Below, piece after piece: positions 10,659 to 20,700 of a stretch of 45,409 nucleotides of DNA. This stretch comes from Prevotellaceae bacterium (GTDB taxonomy: Bacteria > Bacteroidota > Bacteroidia > Bacteroidales > UBA932), in the NCBI GenBank assembly GCA_031290835.1, contig JAISLN010000302.1:1-45409 (forward strand), read 5' to 3'. The position numbers and the translations under genes were made by a program. The notes beneath the pieces were generated by a model that worked only from the letters and a program-made list of their open reading frames with translations, was not told where the DNA came from and did no database searches. The number at the start of each line of letters is the position of its first letter. The first letter of the stretch is position 1.

Positions 10659-12053
10659 TTACTTCTTAACCCTCAACACCAACGATTGTTGCTGCGCCAG
10701 CTTTGCCGTTAGCGGTTTTTTGGTGCTGCCGATTTCCTTGCCGGCATACAGATCTTTTATTTTATACGTTTTCGCTTTTGAGAATACGATTTCCTTATGG
10801 AAGAAATCGTCAACGATGCGCTGCTCCGCGTTCCAGTCGAACGTAAATGTTACCGGCGCTTTGGAGCGGTTGAGGAAAAGCAGCGCCCATTCGTCGCCGG
10901 CAAGGGGTTTTGCCCATATTTCGACGCTGTCGCTTATGGTTTTGTAGCGGAACGCCTGAATACCCAGCGTATCCTGATTAAGCGCAATAATATCTTTATT
11001 GGTCAGGATGGTGCGTGTTTCTTCGGTCATGCTGCGAATGTCATTGCCGAGAATCAGGGGAGAGTTGAGGATAGCCCACAGCGCAAAGTGCGACTGGTTT
11101 TCGTGGTGCGAAAATCCTTTGTTGCCCACTTCCATCATGTCCATATCGTTCCAATGCCCCGGCCCCGCCGCACGGCGTAGCGTGTCTTGATTGCGTAAAT
11201 CCAAAATCTGCATCACGCCCCACGAGCTCCATGTGCCGTGATCTTCTACACAGTCAAAACAATTGGAAATATCGCCGGTAGTACGCCAGCTATGCCCTAC
11301 GAACGCTCCCCATTTCCAGGGATTGTTGTCGCCCCATTCGCACATGCTGAACAGCACGGGACGCTTTGCCTCTACCAGCGCATGCGCCATCACCATGTAC
11401 GATTCGCGGGCGTAGGCTTCCTTGTCGGCCATGTTGCGCAGGGGCGCGGTGTTGCACCAGTCGTATTTCAGGTAATCCACATCCCACTCCGCGTACTTCA
11501 GCGCGTCCTGGTATTCGTGCCCCCGGCTGCCGGGGTAGCCGGCGCAGGTTTTCCAGCCGGCACAGCTGTATAGGCCGAATTTCAACCCTTTTGAATGTAC
11601 GTAGTCGGCTACGGCTTTTATGCCGTTCGGGAATCTTTCGGGGTGCGGCGTTAAGTTCCCCTGTGCGTCGCGCTGCATGCCCATCCAGCCGTCGTCGAGT
11701 ACGATGTATTCGTAGCCGGCATCCTTGAGGCCAAGCGCTACAAAGGCGTCGGCAATGTCTTTTATCAGCTGCTCGTTGATGTTGGTGGCAAACGTATTCC
11801 AGCTGTTCCAGCCCATTTGCGGGGTTTTTGCCAAGCCTTTATACTTCATTTTGGGCATTCTTTCTCGCACCTCGGCAGGCAATTGTTCAAGAAAGGCTGC
11901 CGGCATTTGCACCAATGCGGAGGGCGGCATGTTTTCAAACATTTCGGGGGTAAATTGCGGCATGGGAGGAGGCGGTTGGCCTATCGTATCCTGAGCCCGC
12001 AAAGCGCCGCCGAACAAACAAATTACAGCCAAAACAAAATTTATCTTTTTCAT
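10659..12053 (-). CDS. GH27 alpha-galactosidase (secreted)
   Basis: 464 aa with a signal peptide. Motifs: TPQMGWNSWN, YIVLDDGW, GLKFGLYS, VDYLKYDWC (nucleophile Asp region). Confidence 0.9.
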   Translation of the reverse strand: MKKINFVLAVICLFGGALRAQDTIGQPPPPMPQFTPEMFENMPPSALVQMPAAFLEQLPAEVRERMPKMKYKGLAKTPQMGWNSWNTFATNINEQLIKDIADAFVALGLKDAGYEYIVLDDGWMGMQRDAQGNLTPHPERFPNGIKAVADYVHSKGLKFGLYSCAGWKTCAGYPGSRGHEYQDALKYAEWDVDYLKYDWCNTAPLRNMADKEAYARESYMVMAHALVEAKRPVLFSMCEWGDNNPWKWGAFVGHSWRTTGDISNCFDCVEDHGTWSSWGVMQILDLRNQDTLRRAAGPGHWNDMDMMEVGNKGFSHHENQSHFALWAILNSPLILGNDIRSMTEETRTILTNKDIIALNQDTLGIQAFRYKTISDSVEIWAKPLAGDEWALLFLNRSKAPVTFTFDWNAEQRIVDDFFHKEIVFSKAKTYKIKDLYAGKEIGSTKKPLTAKLAQQQSLVLRVKK

Positions 12054-12107
12054 GATTTTAAATATTATACATTAAACAAATTTTTTACTATTTGCCATCT
12101 TACTATT

Positions 12108-12309
12108 TTAGTATTTACTTACGGGATAAATCCGCGCCGCCCAACCGCCTCCCGGATACATTACAATTTCCTTTTTTGTCGTTTGCCGCAAGGCGGATGA
12201 TTTCGCGCTTGTAGTCGGTAGCTTCTTTGTCGGCATTAACGCCGTCGGAAAATACTTCGGCTTCGTAATCGCCATCGCACAGGAAAGAAAAGTCAACAAT
12301 TTTTTTCAT
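12108..12309 (-). pseudogene. Relic of the last ~65 codons of a GH97 (SusB-like alpha-glucosidase/alpha-galactosidase) gene, with an internal frameshift
   Basis: ORF 12115..12309 reads FSFLCDGDYEAEVFSDGVNADKEATDYKREI. ORF 12108..12299, in another frame, reads EIVMYPGGGWAARIYP. Together these reproduce the characteristic GH97 C-terminus (..Y.A.IY.DG.NAD....DYK......L.L.GGGFA.RI). The frames switch at the T6 run 12172-12177. The roughly 650 upstream codons are absent. Confidence 0.6.
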
Positions 12310-12319
12310 CCGATTGCCG

Positions 12320-13021
12320 CTATTTTTTTACTAAACTTTCTATCGCCTGCTTCACGATTTTCTCCATCACTTCGTAGGCCGCTACGGTTACGTGCACGCC
12401 GTCCATCGTGTATTGCTCGGGCAATCCTTTGGAGCTGTCCTTGCTCACTAATCGCGAATAGTAATCCACATAAGTGAAGCCTTTTTCGGCGCAGTAGGTT
12501 TTTATGGCGGCGTTCAGCTGGTCAATCTTTGCCGGCACTGCGGGGATTTCCTTGCGCCACGGAATTTCCGCCGCCGGCAGCACGGAGGTAAGGATTACTT
12601 TTATCCCGTTGGCATGGGCAATTTCCGCCATCGACCGGATGCTGCCGAACGTAAATTCAAAATCGTACGTTCCGCTGTTGGCCGCAATATCGTTAATGCC
12701 GCCGTTGATGACCACCACCTGCGGCTTTAGCTCCACAATATCTGCGCGGAAACGGGAAAGCATCTGCGGGGTAGTTTGCCCGCCGATACCGCGCCCCAAG
12801 TAGCTATTGTCCTTGAAGAAATCGGGGCGCATCCCTGCCCACATCTGCGTAATGGAATTGCCCATGAACGCCGCCTTGATGGGTTTTGCTTCTTTCCTCA
12901 GCTGCGCGTTGTCCTTTGCGAAAAAGTTCAGCCCCGCCCACTGCTCGTTGTTTTGCGCATGGACAATGATGATGCCTGCGAAGAGGCACATAGCCGTTAA
13001 AATTAATTTTGTTGTCTTCAT
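12320..13021 (-). CDS. SGNH/GDSL-family esterase (probable acetyl-mannan/oligosaccharide deacetylase), secreted
   Basis: 233 aa with a signal peptide. SGNH blocks: FMGNSIT (I), GIGGQT (II), INGGINDI (III), DGVHV (V). Confidence 0.85.
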   Translation of the reverse strand: MKTTKLILTAMCLFAGIIIVHAQNNEQWAGLNFFAKDNAQLRKEAKPIKAAFMGNSITQMWAGMRPDFFKDNSYLGRGIGGQTTPQMLSRFRADIVELKPQVVVINGGINDIAANSGTYDFEFTFGSIRSMAEIAHANGIKVILTSVLPAAEIPWRKEIPAVPAKIDQLNAAIKTYCAEKGFTYVDYYSRLVSKDSSKGLPEQYTMDGVHVTVAAYEVMEKIVKQAIESLVKK

Positions 13022-13043
13022 TTTGTTGTTTTTAATTAAATTG

Positions 13044-14438
13044 TTAATTCTTGATTCTATCGGCGTATTCTTTGATTAAATCGGTCGTAGAATCCGTATC
13101 GAACACGGCGTTCAGCCCCTGCTCTTCCTGCGAGGGGTCGCCGAGGTAATCGTCCCAGGGTTGCCAGAACAGGTGCGCTGGCCGGCCAAAGCCGCCCCAT
13201 GCCCAGAAGTTGCAACCCGCCAGCCAGCCCTTGGCATTATAGGATTCTTCGAGCCGCGAAAATATGTACCGGTAGTAAGCGTCCCGCCCCTTGACGGAAT
13301 CCTGCAAATCGTAGCGGTGGTGGTCGCGCGGATAGCCAAATTCTTCAATCACGAAAGGCTTTTGCAGCTTTTCCGCCACCAGCGCATGGCTGTCGATATA
13401 TTCTTTGGTTTTTTCGATAGCCTTGTCCACCTGCCCCGCTACGTTGCTCATGGCGGCAATGTCCGGCTCGGACGGGCGGGCTCCGCCGCCGCCGCTCTGC
13501 GGGAGAGCGCCGTACATCGGGCTGTTTTTCATGGTTTCCATCATCTGCTTTAGCGCATCGGGATTCATGGCAAAAATCCAGCTCCAGTTTTTTGGCCAGA
13601 TATGGATGGTGAGGTAATCCACATTCGGGTCGGCGTGGATTTCCTCAAAGAGCTGCATGTCGCTTTCGCACCCTATCAGCCCTTCGCTGCCAATGGAGAT
13701 AAGGTGGTTTTTGTCGAGCGAGCGGATGAGCGCCGTCGTTTCCTTAAGCCACCGGGCAAACGCCGGCTTGGCTTCGTTGCTGAATGCGCGCGGCTCATTG
13801 CCTACCTGCCACGCCATAATAGCGGGGTCGTCGGTATATTTCTTGCCCGTATAGCGGTTGGTGCGCGAAAGCACGGTTTCGACATGGGCGAAAAACATTT
13901 TCTTACATTCTTCGCACGCTGCATATTGCGACATCTGTTTTGTAAGCCGCTGCCAGCCCACAACGCCCACCGTGTCGGGCGCAACGTTTGCCCATTCGAG
14001 GTATTGGCTGTATCCGCCGCTCCAATCCCAGCTGTTGTTGAGGAACAGCACGGCGCGCATTTTCCGTTTGCCCAATTCGGAGAGGAAGAAATCCAGCCCG
14101 TCGAAGATGGTATCGTTGTACACGCCGGGCGCTACCTGCAAGGCCGGGCGTACTTTCGACGGCTGCCCGTCGGGTCCGTCGGCGCCCACCAGCACGCGCA
14201 GGTTGATAATGCCGATGCTTTTCATAAAATCCAGCTCCTTAAGCAACCGCTCGCGATTGCCTCCTTGCCCCGTGGAGCCGAGCATTGCGCCATACCAAAA
14301 GTTTGTGCCGATGTAGTAGTACGGCGCTCCGTTTATCTCAAAGCGTCCTTCGCTCAGCTTCACGAAGTCCTTATTTGGAGAGCAGGAAAGCAGCGCAGCC
14401 ATAAAAAAAATTCCCAACAGATAGATAGCCTTATTCAT
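13044..14438 (-). CDS. GH5 endo-beta-1,4-mannanase (GH5_7-like), lipoprotein
   Basis: 464 aa. Signal with lipobox (ALLSC). Motifs: FEINGAPYYYIGTNFWY, WQVGNEPR (acid/base Glu), VIEEFGYPRD (nucleophile Glu). Confidence 0.8.
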   Translation of the reverse strand: MNKAIYLLGIFFMAALLSCSPNKDFVKLSEGRFEINGAPYYYIGTNFWYGAMLGSTGQGGNRERLLKELDFMKSIGIINLRVLVGADGPDGQPSKVRPALQVAPGVYNDTIFDGLDFFLSELGKRKMRAVLFLNNSWDWSGGYSQYLEWANVAPDTVGVVGWQRLTKQMSQYAACEECKKMFFAHVETVLSRTNRYTGKKYTDDPAIMAWQVGNEPRAFSNEAKPAFARWLKETTALIRSLDKNHLISIGSEGLIGCESDMQLFEEIHADPNVDYLTIHIWPKNWSWIFAMNPDALKQMMETMKNSPMYGALPQSGGGGARPSEPDIAAMSNVAGQVDKAIEKTKEYIDSHALVAEKLQKPFVIEEFGYPRDHHRYDLQDSVKGRDAYYRYIFSRLEESYNAKGWLAGCNFWAWGGFGRPAHLFWQPWDDYLGDPSQEEQGLNAVFDTDSTTDLIKEYADRIKN

Positions 14439-14450
14439 ATTTTTGATTTT

Positions 14451-16229
14451 TCAATTTTTCAATTTTAATTTTTCTTTAATAAACGCCTTTTCCTGTTTCC
14501 AAATGGCGGCGTCGGGGATATTGTGTCCGGCTTTGGGGCTGGCTACCCACTGTTTTTCGGACTTCACCTGATTGTAGGCGGCAAAATTGATATGCGGTGG
14601 GCAGGTTTCATCCTGCACGCCGATGGCCATCCACAAGGGGCAGGTGATCCATTGCGCTAGGTTTTTAATGTCAAAATAGGTCAGCAGGCTGTACACATGC
14701 TCCCAGTCGAAATCGGGATGCGCTTTGGCATAGCTGTCAAAGTCGCTTCTCGGCCAGCTCACAATTTTGAAATAGTCGCGGTAGTCCGAGAGGAACGGCA
14801 CGTTTGGCGTGGCCACTTTCACGCGCCTGTCCAACGCCGCCGCCACAAACGACAATGCGCCGCCCTGGCTGCCGCCGCGCACGGCAATTTTTTCCGCATC
14901 TACTTCCGGGCGGCTGCATACAAAGTCAATCGCCCGCACCACGTCGCAAAACGCGCCCTGATAGTAGTAGCCTTCTTTATCTTTTAGCCCGATGGTAATC
15001 CAGAAGTCGTCTTCTTTCGTCAGACGGTTGAGGGCCTGCCCACGAATGGACGGCACGTAGTAAGCAAAGCCGTCCCACCGCGTGTTGGGGGGGTAGGCGC
15101 TGGAGCCGTAGCCCATGTACTCCACAATCACGGGGAATTTACCCTCGCGCGTGGGCTTGGAGTAATAGCCGCGAACGATTTTATTCCCCAGCGACCGCAT
15201 CTCTACCAGATACACCGTGTAGTCGGCGTTGGAAAATTCGGGCTTGGGCGTAAGCTTGTACTCCGGTTTTACTTTGGCCAGCTCCTTGAGGTTGTTATCC
15301 CAAAATGCCTTAAAATCATCGCGTGCGTCTATCGGCGAGCTGATTTTTTCGGGCTCAAAGCCTAGGTTGAATTTCTTTTCCATTTCCACCTTTCCGTTGC
15401 GCAGGAGCTGCACTGTATAGCGGTAAAATCCGGGCGCAGGGTCTTTCCATTCAAAGGTAGCGTAAGCGGTTTTGCCGGCCTTTACTTTCACCGGCACGGT
15501 ATCCGACTTCACCGGGCGGTAGTCGTCGGTAGTAATGGTAACCACCCATTCGCCCGCTACCGCCCACGGGTTGCTGTTTGCCAAGCTGGGGGTGATGCGC
15601 AGCGGATGGGGCGCCATAAAGATATAGTCCGAGTCGGCTACCGCCACGTCTATTTCCAGCTTATCGGCCGTTTCTGCCGTGGAGAGGGTCAGCTGAGCTC
15701 CTTTCAACAGGCCGCCGCCAACGGGGCTAAAACCGTCATAAAATTGCAGGGCTATCAGGTTGTCGCCTTTGTGCAGGTAAGCGGACGGGACAAAGTACCG
15801 CCGTCCAAAAAAATTGTTGCCGACTATTTTGGCAAAGGAGAAATAGCCCGATAGGTGGCCGTTTACGTAAAGCGTGTCGGCTCCGGCCAAGCTGTCTATG
15901 CGCAGGATGACGCCGCCTTTGCTTACCGCCGCACTGTAAAAATCATCCGACAGGGTGATGGTTTTGCGATACCACCCCAATCCCTTTTCGGTTTTCAGGC
16001 TGTAGCCGAAAAGCGGCTTGTCGGTAGCCACTTCCTGCCACGCCGTATCGCTATATGCGGCGCTTTTCCACAGGCTGTCCGTACCGGCATGGAATTTCCA
16101 TACATTGGACGCTGTTTCGGTGATAGCGGGGCTGGTATCCTCCGCCCTGTCGCAGGAAAATAATGCTAACGCCGCAGCTATTCCCAAAAGGGAACTCATT
16201 GCTATCCATTCAAGTTTTTTATATATCAT
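14451..16229 (-). CDS. CE7-type acetyl esterase (acetylxylan esterase / cephalosporin-C deacetylase family) with an N-terminal beta-sandwich extension of about 270 aa
   Basis: 592 aa, lipobox LFSC. The C-terminal half has the CE7 motifs PSIRGQ, GGSQGGALS, a DETCPP region and GHN. Confidence 0.8.
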   Translation of the reverse strand: MIYKKLEWIAMSSLLGIAAALALFSCDRAEDTSPAITETASNVWKFHAGTDSLWKSAAYSDTAWQEVATDKPLFGYSLKTEKGLGWYRKTITLSDDFYSAAVSKGGVILRIDSLAGADTLYVNGHLSGYFSFAKIVGNNFFGRRYFVPSAYLHKGDNLIALQFYDGFSPVGGGLLKGAQLTLSTAETADKLEIDVAVADSDYIFMAPHPLRITPSLANSNPWAVAGEWVVTITTDDYRPVKSDTVPVKVKAGKTAYATFEWKDPAPGFYRYTVQLLRNGKVEMEKKFNLGFEPEKISSPIDARDDFKAFWDNNLKELAKVKPEYKLTPKPEFSNADYTVYLVEMRSLGNKIVRGYYSKPTREGKFPVIVEYMGYGSSAYPPNTRWDGFAYYVPSIRGQALNRLTKEDDFWITIGLKDKEGYYYQGAFCDVVRAIDFVCSRPEVDAEKIAVRGGSQGGALSFVAAALDRRVKVATPNVPFLSDYRDYFKIVSWPRSDFDSYAKAHPDFDWEHVYSLLTYFDIKNLAQWITCPLWMAIGVQDETCPPHINFAAYNQVKSEKQWVASPKAGHNIPDAAIWKQEKAFIKEKLKLKN

Positions 16230-16276
16230 AGATTTTTTTATTAAATGTTCATAGATTTTTTATTCGGACTTACGGT

Positions 16277-16459
16277 TTAGGATTCATTTTGCCGCGCTTT
16301 TGTCCACTCTTTTGCCAGCTCTCTTTCTTTGCGGAAGTTTTCCCAAAATACCTCGTCGGCTTTTGCAGCGCGGGCGCAAACATCCTCGCCTCCCTCGCGC
16401 ATCAGCTGTTCCAGCTGCTCGTCGGTAGGCTCGGCGTCCCACTTGAAGCTGTATGTCAT
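16277..16459 (-). CDS. Hypothetical small acidic protein (60 aa), no signal peptide
   Basis: It fills most of an otherwise empty gap of about 280 nt, on the same strand and with the same GC as the flanking PUL genes. It starts with ATG. I recognise no family. Confidence 0.3.
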   Translation of the reverse strand: MTYSFKWDAEPTDEQLEQLMREGGEDVCARAAKADEVFWENFRKERELAKEWTKARQNES

Positions 16460-16511
16460 ACTACTGCCATAATTTTTATAATTTAATCAGCACAAATGTA
16501 GATAAAATTTC

Positions 16512-17678
16512 TTACTTCTTCTTCTTCTGTACCTCCAGCTTTCCCTGCATGGCTTTGCTGAAGAACTCGGCGCCGGGGGTCAATTCATAATTCCACGATT
16601 TGATTTTGGCGCCGCCCCATTCGGGGTCAAATACCCATACGCACCAGCTGATGCCTTTGCCTTCGAGGTATCCGATGATTTGGTTGCCGTAATGGTCGCC
16701 GTTGGGGTCAATCTGCTGCTGGGGCTGCATGCGGAAGTTGCCCGGCACGGCGCCCTTTTCGGGGTCAATGAGGCGGAAGTTGTCCGGCGCAAAGCCTTTT
16801 GCGGGGTCAATGAGCTCGGGCATGGCGTACGAGTCGTGGCTAAATTCGGTGGCAAACACCGGCCATGTGTTGGCGGCAAAGCCGAAGTTCTCCTCCCATG
16901 TCGCCGCCCAGGGTTGCGGGCTTTTGTTGGCGTAGGGATGGGTGGTATAGCCGATGTTGGGGGCGTTAATCGGCTCAATGCGCAGCGGCGTGAGGTCGTA
17001 AGCCCAGTCGAAGCCGCCTACCAGCGGAATGGTTTCCTTGTCGGAGTAGCGGATGATGGTAATCATGTTTTCCACCAGCTTTTTCCAGTCCGACCATGAG
17101 CATACGCCCAGCTGCCCGCGGTAGGTAGTTGGCTCGTTGAGCAGCTCATAAAAGGCGACGGTATTGTGCCCGGCAAAATGCGCCGCTATTTTCCGCCAAA
17201 AGTCGAAAGTCTCCTGTTTGGTGGTAATATACATTGGGTCTTGAAACATTTCCATTTCGAGGTTGCCGATGGTGTGCCAGTCGAGCATCACATACAGCTT
17301 GAGGTCGGTGCACCACGCTACGGCGCTGTCGAGCAGCTGGAGGTATTTTGCCGGTGTGCGTTCCTGCCACGCCACCGGGTGGATGGGTACGCGGACAATA
17401 TTTGCCCCCAGCGCTTTCACTTTTTCAAAGTGCGCCTTGCTCCAGTGCCCCTGCCGCTCTACCTTGTCGGGGTCGGAAATGGCGATGCCTCGAAACAGGA
17501 TGGGTTTTCCGTCGGGGGTTACGAATTGGTTTCCCTGCACGCTGATAAGCGGCAGTACCTTTGCCTGCGGGTTTTTCACCGGAAAAGCCCATGGCGCATC
17601 TACGTACCAAGGGGTATCCTGCGCCTTTGCAAACATTGCGCCCGTCATCAGGGCTACTATCAACAAAATCTTTCTCAT
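16512..17678 (-). CDS. GH5 endo-beta-1,4-glucanase/mannanase (cellulase family), secreted
   Basis: 388 aa with a signal peptide. Motifs: ANIVRVPIHP, FYELLNEPT (acid/base Glu), VFATEFS (nucleophile Glu). Confidence 0.8.
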   Translation of the reverse strand: MRKILLIVALMTGAMFAKAQDTPWYVDAPWAFPVKNPQAKVLPLISVQGNQFVTPDGKPILFRGIAISDPDKVERQGHWSKAHFEKVKALGANIVRVPIHPVAWQERTPAKYLQLLDSAVAWCTDLKLYVMLDWHTIGNLEMEMFQDPMYITTKQETFDFWRKIAAHFAGHNTVAFYELLNEPTTYRGQLGVCSWSDWKKLVENMITIIRYSDKETIPLVGGFDWAYDLTPLRIEPINAPNIGYTTHPYANKSPQPWAATWEENFGFAANTWPVFATEFSHDSYAMPELIDPAKGFAPDNFRLIDPEKGAVPGNFRMQPQQQIDPNGDHYGNQIIGYLEGKGISWCVWVFDPEWGGAKIKSWNYELTPGAEFFSKAMQGKLEVQKKKK

Positions 17679-17702
17679 GTTTACTAATGATATTAAAAAA
17701 AT

Positions 17703-20700
17703 TTACAAATTAAATCCTGTTACTTCTACTACGGGTTTTTCGCCGCGCGTATCGCTATTCGCCAGCTCCATAGTGATGGTTTTTTCTTCGCCCGGCATCA
17801 GAAAGAGGTAGTTGTCGCTGTAGAATACCGGCAAAATACGTTCGCCGGTTTTGCTGCCTTTCACTTGCAGGCGCACCATCAGGGCGGGCGCGGTGGTACT
17901 ATTCGTGAGCGTTGTTTTTACGGTCCACGTTTTGCCTGTTTTTGAGGCGGTGGTTTTTTCGTCCAGCTGCACTTTGGGTACTTGGTGCAAGGATTGGTAG
18001 TTGCCTTCTTCTTTTCCCCGCCAGTAGAAGTTGCCGGAAATTTCCTTGCCGTTTTCGAGCAGCGAGAGCCTAATAAAATAGGTGTTCGACAAGGTAACGG
18101 GAAACTCCAGCGGGAAGCAGGCCACCGTAGCGTCTTCCTTGATGTTGAGCGGCGCTTCCTTTTCCCACTGCACCGTTCCGTCCTGATTGATGAGCTGCGC
18201 TTTGGCCGTGAGCCCCTGTTTGTCGAAGGCATGGTAGTTTACCACTTCCACATCTTCGCGCAGGGGATTCCACTGTATGTGTATCGGCTCGGAAGCTTTT
18301 TTGCAACCGAAATACGCGCCCGTTGGGTCGAAGTAGTAATCGTAGGTTTGCCACACCATCGACGGCCATGCGGGGTGGCTCATCCAAAGCAGCATGCCTC
18401 GGCGGTGCTCGCTGCGTCCTTCAAAGATGGCGCGGTAGCCGTTGTAGTTAATCCACTGCGCCCATTCTGCAAACTGTTTGGCGTCTTTGGGCTGCCCAAA
18501 GGCTAATGTGATTATTTCGTTGAACGAGTTGGCCGCTTGCGCCGAAGAGACGTCGGGCGACCCGCCCAGCGTGTAGTCGTGCAAGCCGTAGAGGCTGTTG
18601 GGCGTTTCCATCGTGCTCACCGGCGTTACGCCGTCTTCGCCAAAGGCCTGTACGAGGCTTTCGTAGTTCATCACGTTGGGCATCCCGCGCTCGCTGTGGA
18701 GCTTGTCGTGCCCGTAGCTCTGGAAGTAGTCTTTCGGGGGCAGCGCCCTGTAAGGTCCGCCGCCGCTCACTACGCCCATCGCCGAGTTGGAGATATAGTG
18801 AATGCCCGGATGCTCCTGCGGTATCATGGCGCGGAGGTAGCCGTCTATTTCATCCGGCGGGTTGCCTTCGTTGCGCCCCACATAAATGCCTATTGACGGG
18901 TGGTTGCGGATGCGCTTCACATAATCTCTGGCTGTAGCGTTGAACATATCCACGTAGTAGGGGTCGGGGCCGTCCAACGGGTTGGCCAGCCAAAAGTCCT
19001 GCCATACCATGATACCGTGCCGGTCGCAGGCTTCGTAAAACTCTTCGTCGCCTATTTGCCCTACCCAGTTGCGAATCATGGTAAAGTTCATGTCGGCATG
19101 GTATTTCACGGCAATATCGTATTCCCGCCCGCGATAGCTGAGGTTTGACTCGCCAAAGCCCCAGTTGCCGCCAAAGCCCACCAAGCGGCGGCCGTTCACG
19201 TACAAGCTCAAGCGGCGCTGCTCGGCGGCTCCAAAGAAGCCAAAGGACATGCCGCCGCTGGGCGTATAGGTGTTTTCGTCAAAAGTCATTTGGCGAACGC
19301 CCGATTTGAAGGTGGTCCGGTCGGACACCTTTCCGTTGACGTCGAAGCTAAGCGCTACGTCGTAGAGGTGTGGAGCTCCGTAACCTTTTGGCCACCAAAG
19401 CTTTGGATTTTTAAGATGCAGGGCGGGCGTGGTGAAAGCGTCCAGCTGTACCACCTTTTCTTCGTTGGCCTCTAGGCTCACCGGCTGCTCAAAAGCCGCC
19501 TCGCCGTACGACCCCTTCAGCGTTCCGTTCACCGCTTCGGCGGAATGGTTTTTGAGCGTTACCTCTACAATCACGTTGGCGTAGGTGGTGTCGGGCAAGG
19601 GCAGCTGGGTGCGTACAAACGGGTCTTCCATCGTTACCGCGCCGCTAAACGTCAGGAACACGTCGTTCCAGATGCCGATGTCGCGCCCGCGAATGGTCGG
19701 AATCCAGTCCCAGCCGATAGTGGCGTGGAAAGTAGGGTTGTCTGCGCCCGGCATTCCGCCGTTTCGGTCGGTGCTCCATGCCGTTTGCTCCTTAATGGCG
19801 CCCGGATGCGCATTTTTGATAATCCGCACGGCAATTGCGTTCTTGCCTTTCACAAGGGTTTTTGACACGTCGAACCTGCCGCGCATGAAGCCGCCGTCGA
19901 TATGCCCTACCGGTTGCCCGTTTAGGAATACGTCGGCTTTCCAGTTGATGCCGTCAAAATTCAGGAACGCATAATCTACCGACTTCGACACCGTAAATTC
20001 GTTGCGGTACCAGAAATCGGAAAGGAAGTAGGATTCCGACGCCTGTAGCTGGTTGTCGGCATAGTTCGGGTCGGGCACTGCGCCGATATTGATGAAGCTG
20101 GACAGCACCGTGCCGGGCACGGTGGCCATAACCCATTCTTCATCCTCGTATCCGGGTTTGGAAAGCGTTTCGCCGCTTGCGTCCACCAACGAGGCGCGTT
20201 GCAGCTTCCAGCCGCCGCCGCTCAGGTTGTAATAGCTGGCGGTAGCGGGCAGCGCGGCATGGGCGCGGGGCGTAAGCCCGCCCTTGCCGTAAACCTGCAC
20301 TTCGCTCAAAATGTAGGGCTGCCGGTTTTCCGCTTCGGCAAGCAATAACCGCAGGTAGCGGCTTTTTACCGGTTTATCGAGCAAGATGGCGTCTTCTTTC
20401 CCTGCGCTGCCGGGCAATTCGGCAATGTCCGTCCACGATTTGGCGTCATCGGAGGCCTGCACTTTGCCGGCCACCGCTTTGTTTATCCAGTGGAGGTTGA
20501 TTTTATCGTACGAAGCGGGTGCGCCGAAATCCAGATATACCCACTCTTCGCCCGCCGTGGCGCTTTGCCACGCGCTGGTAAAATGGTAGGACGGCAACGC
20601 CGACAGCACTTCGCTCCCCCTATAAAACTCCCATTCGGTGAATGCCCATTCGGTAGCGGCAGGCATCCGGAACGCGAATTTATAATGCGCATAAGCCGTC

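Noticed and set aside
13602-14468. Long plus-strand ORFs lying antisense inside the minus-strand genes. Examples: 2120-2872, 3623-4225, 6130-6870, 13602-14468, 20490-21269, 24547-25653, 28379-29248, 32656-33246 and 37523-38077. There are also many Arg/Pro/Ala-rich minus-strand out-of-frame ORFs.
   Set aside because: They fully overlap genes with strong family signatures. They have low-complexity R/A/G/P-rich or H/V-rich compositions typical of shadow ORFs in GC-rich DNA, and they lack recognisable motifs or signal peptides.
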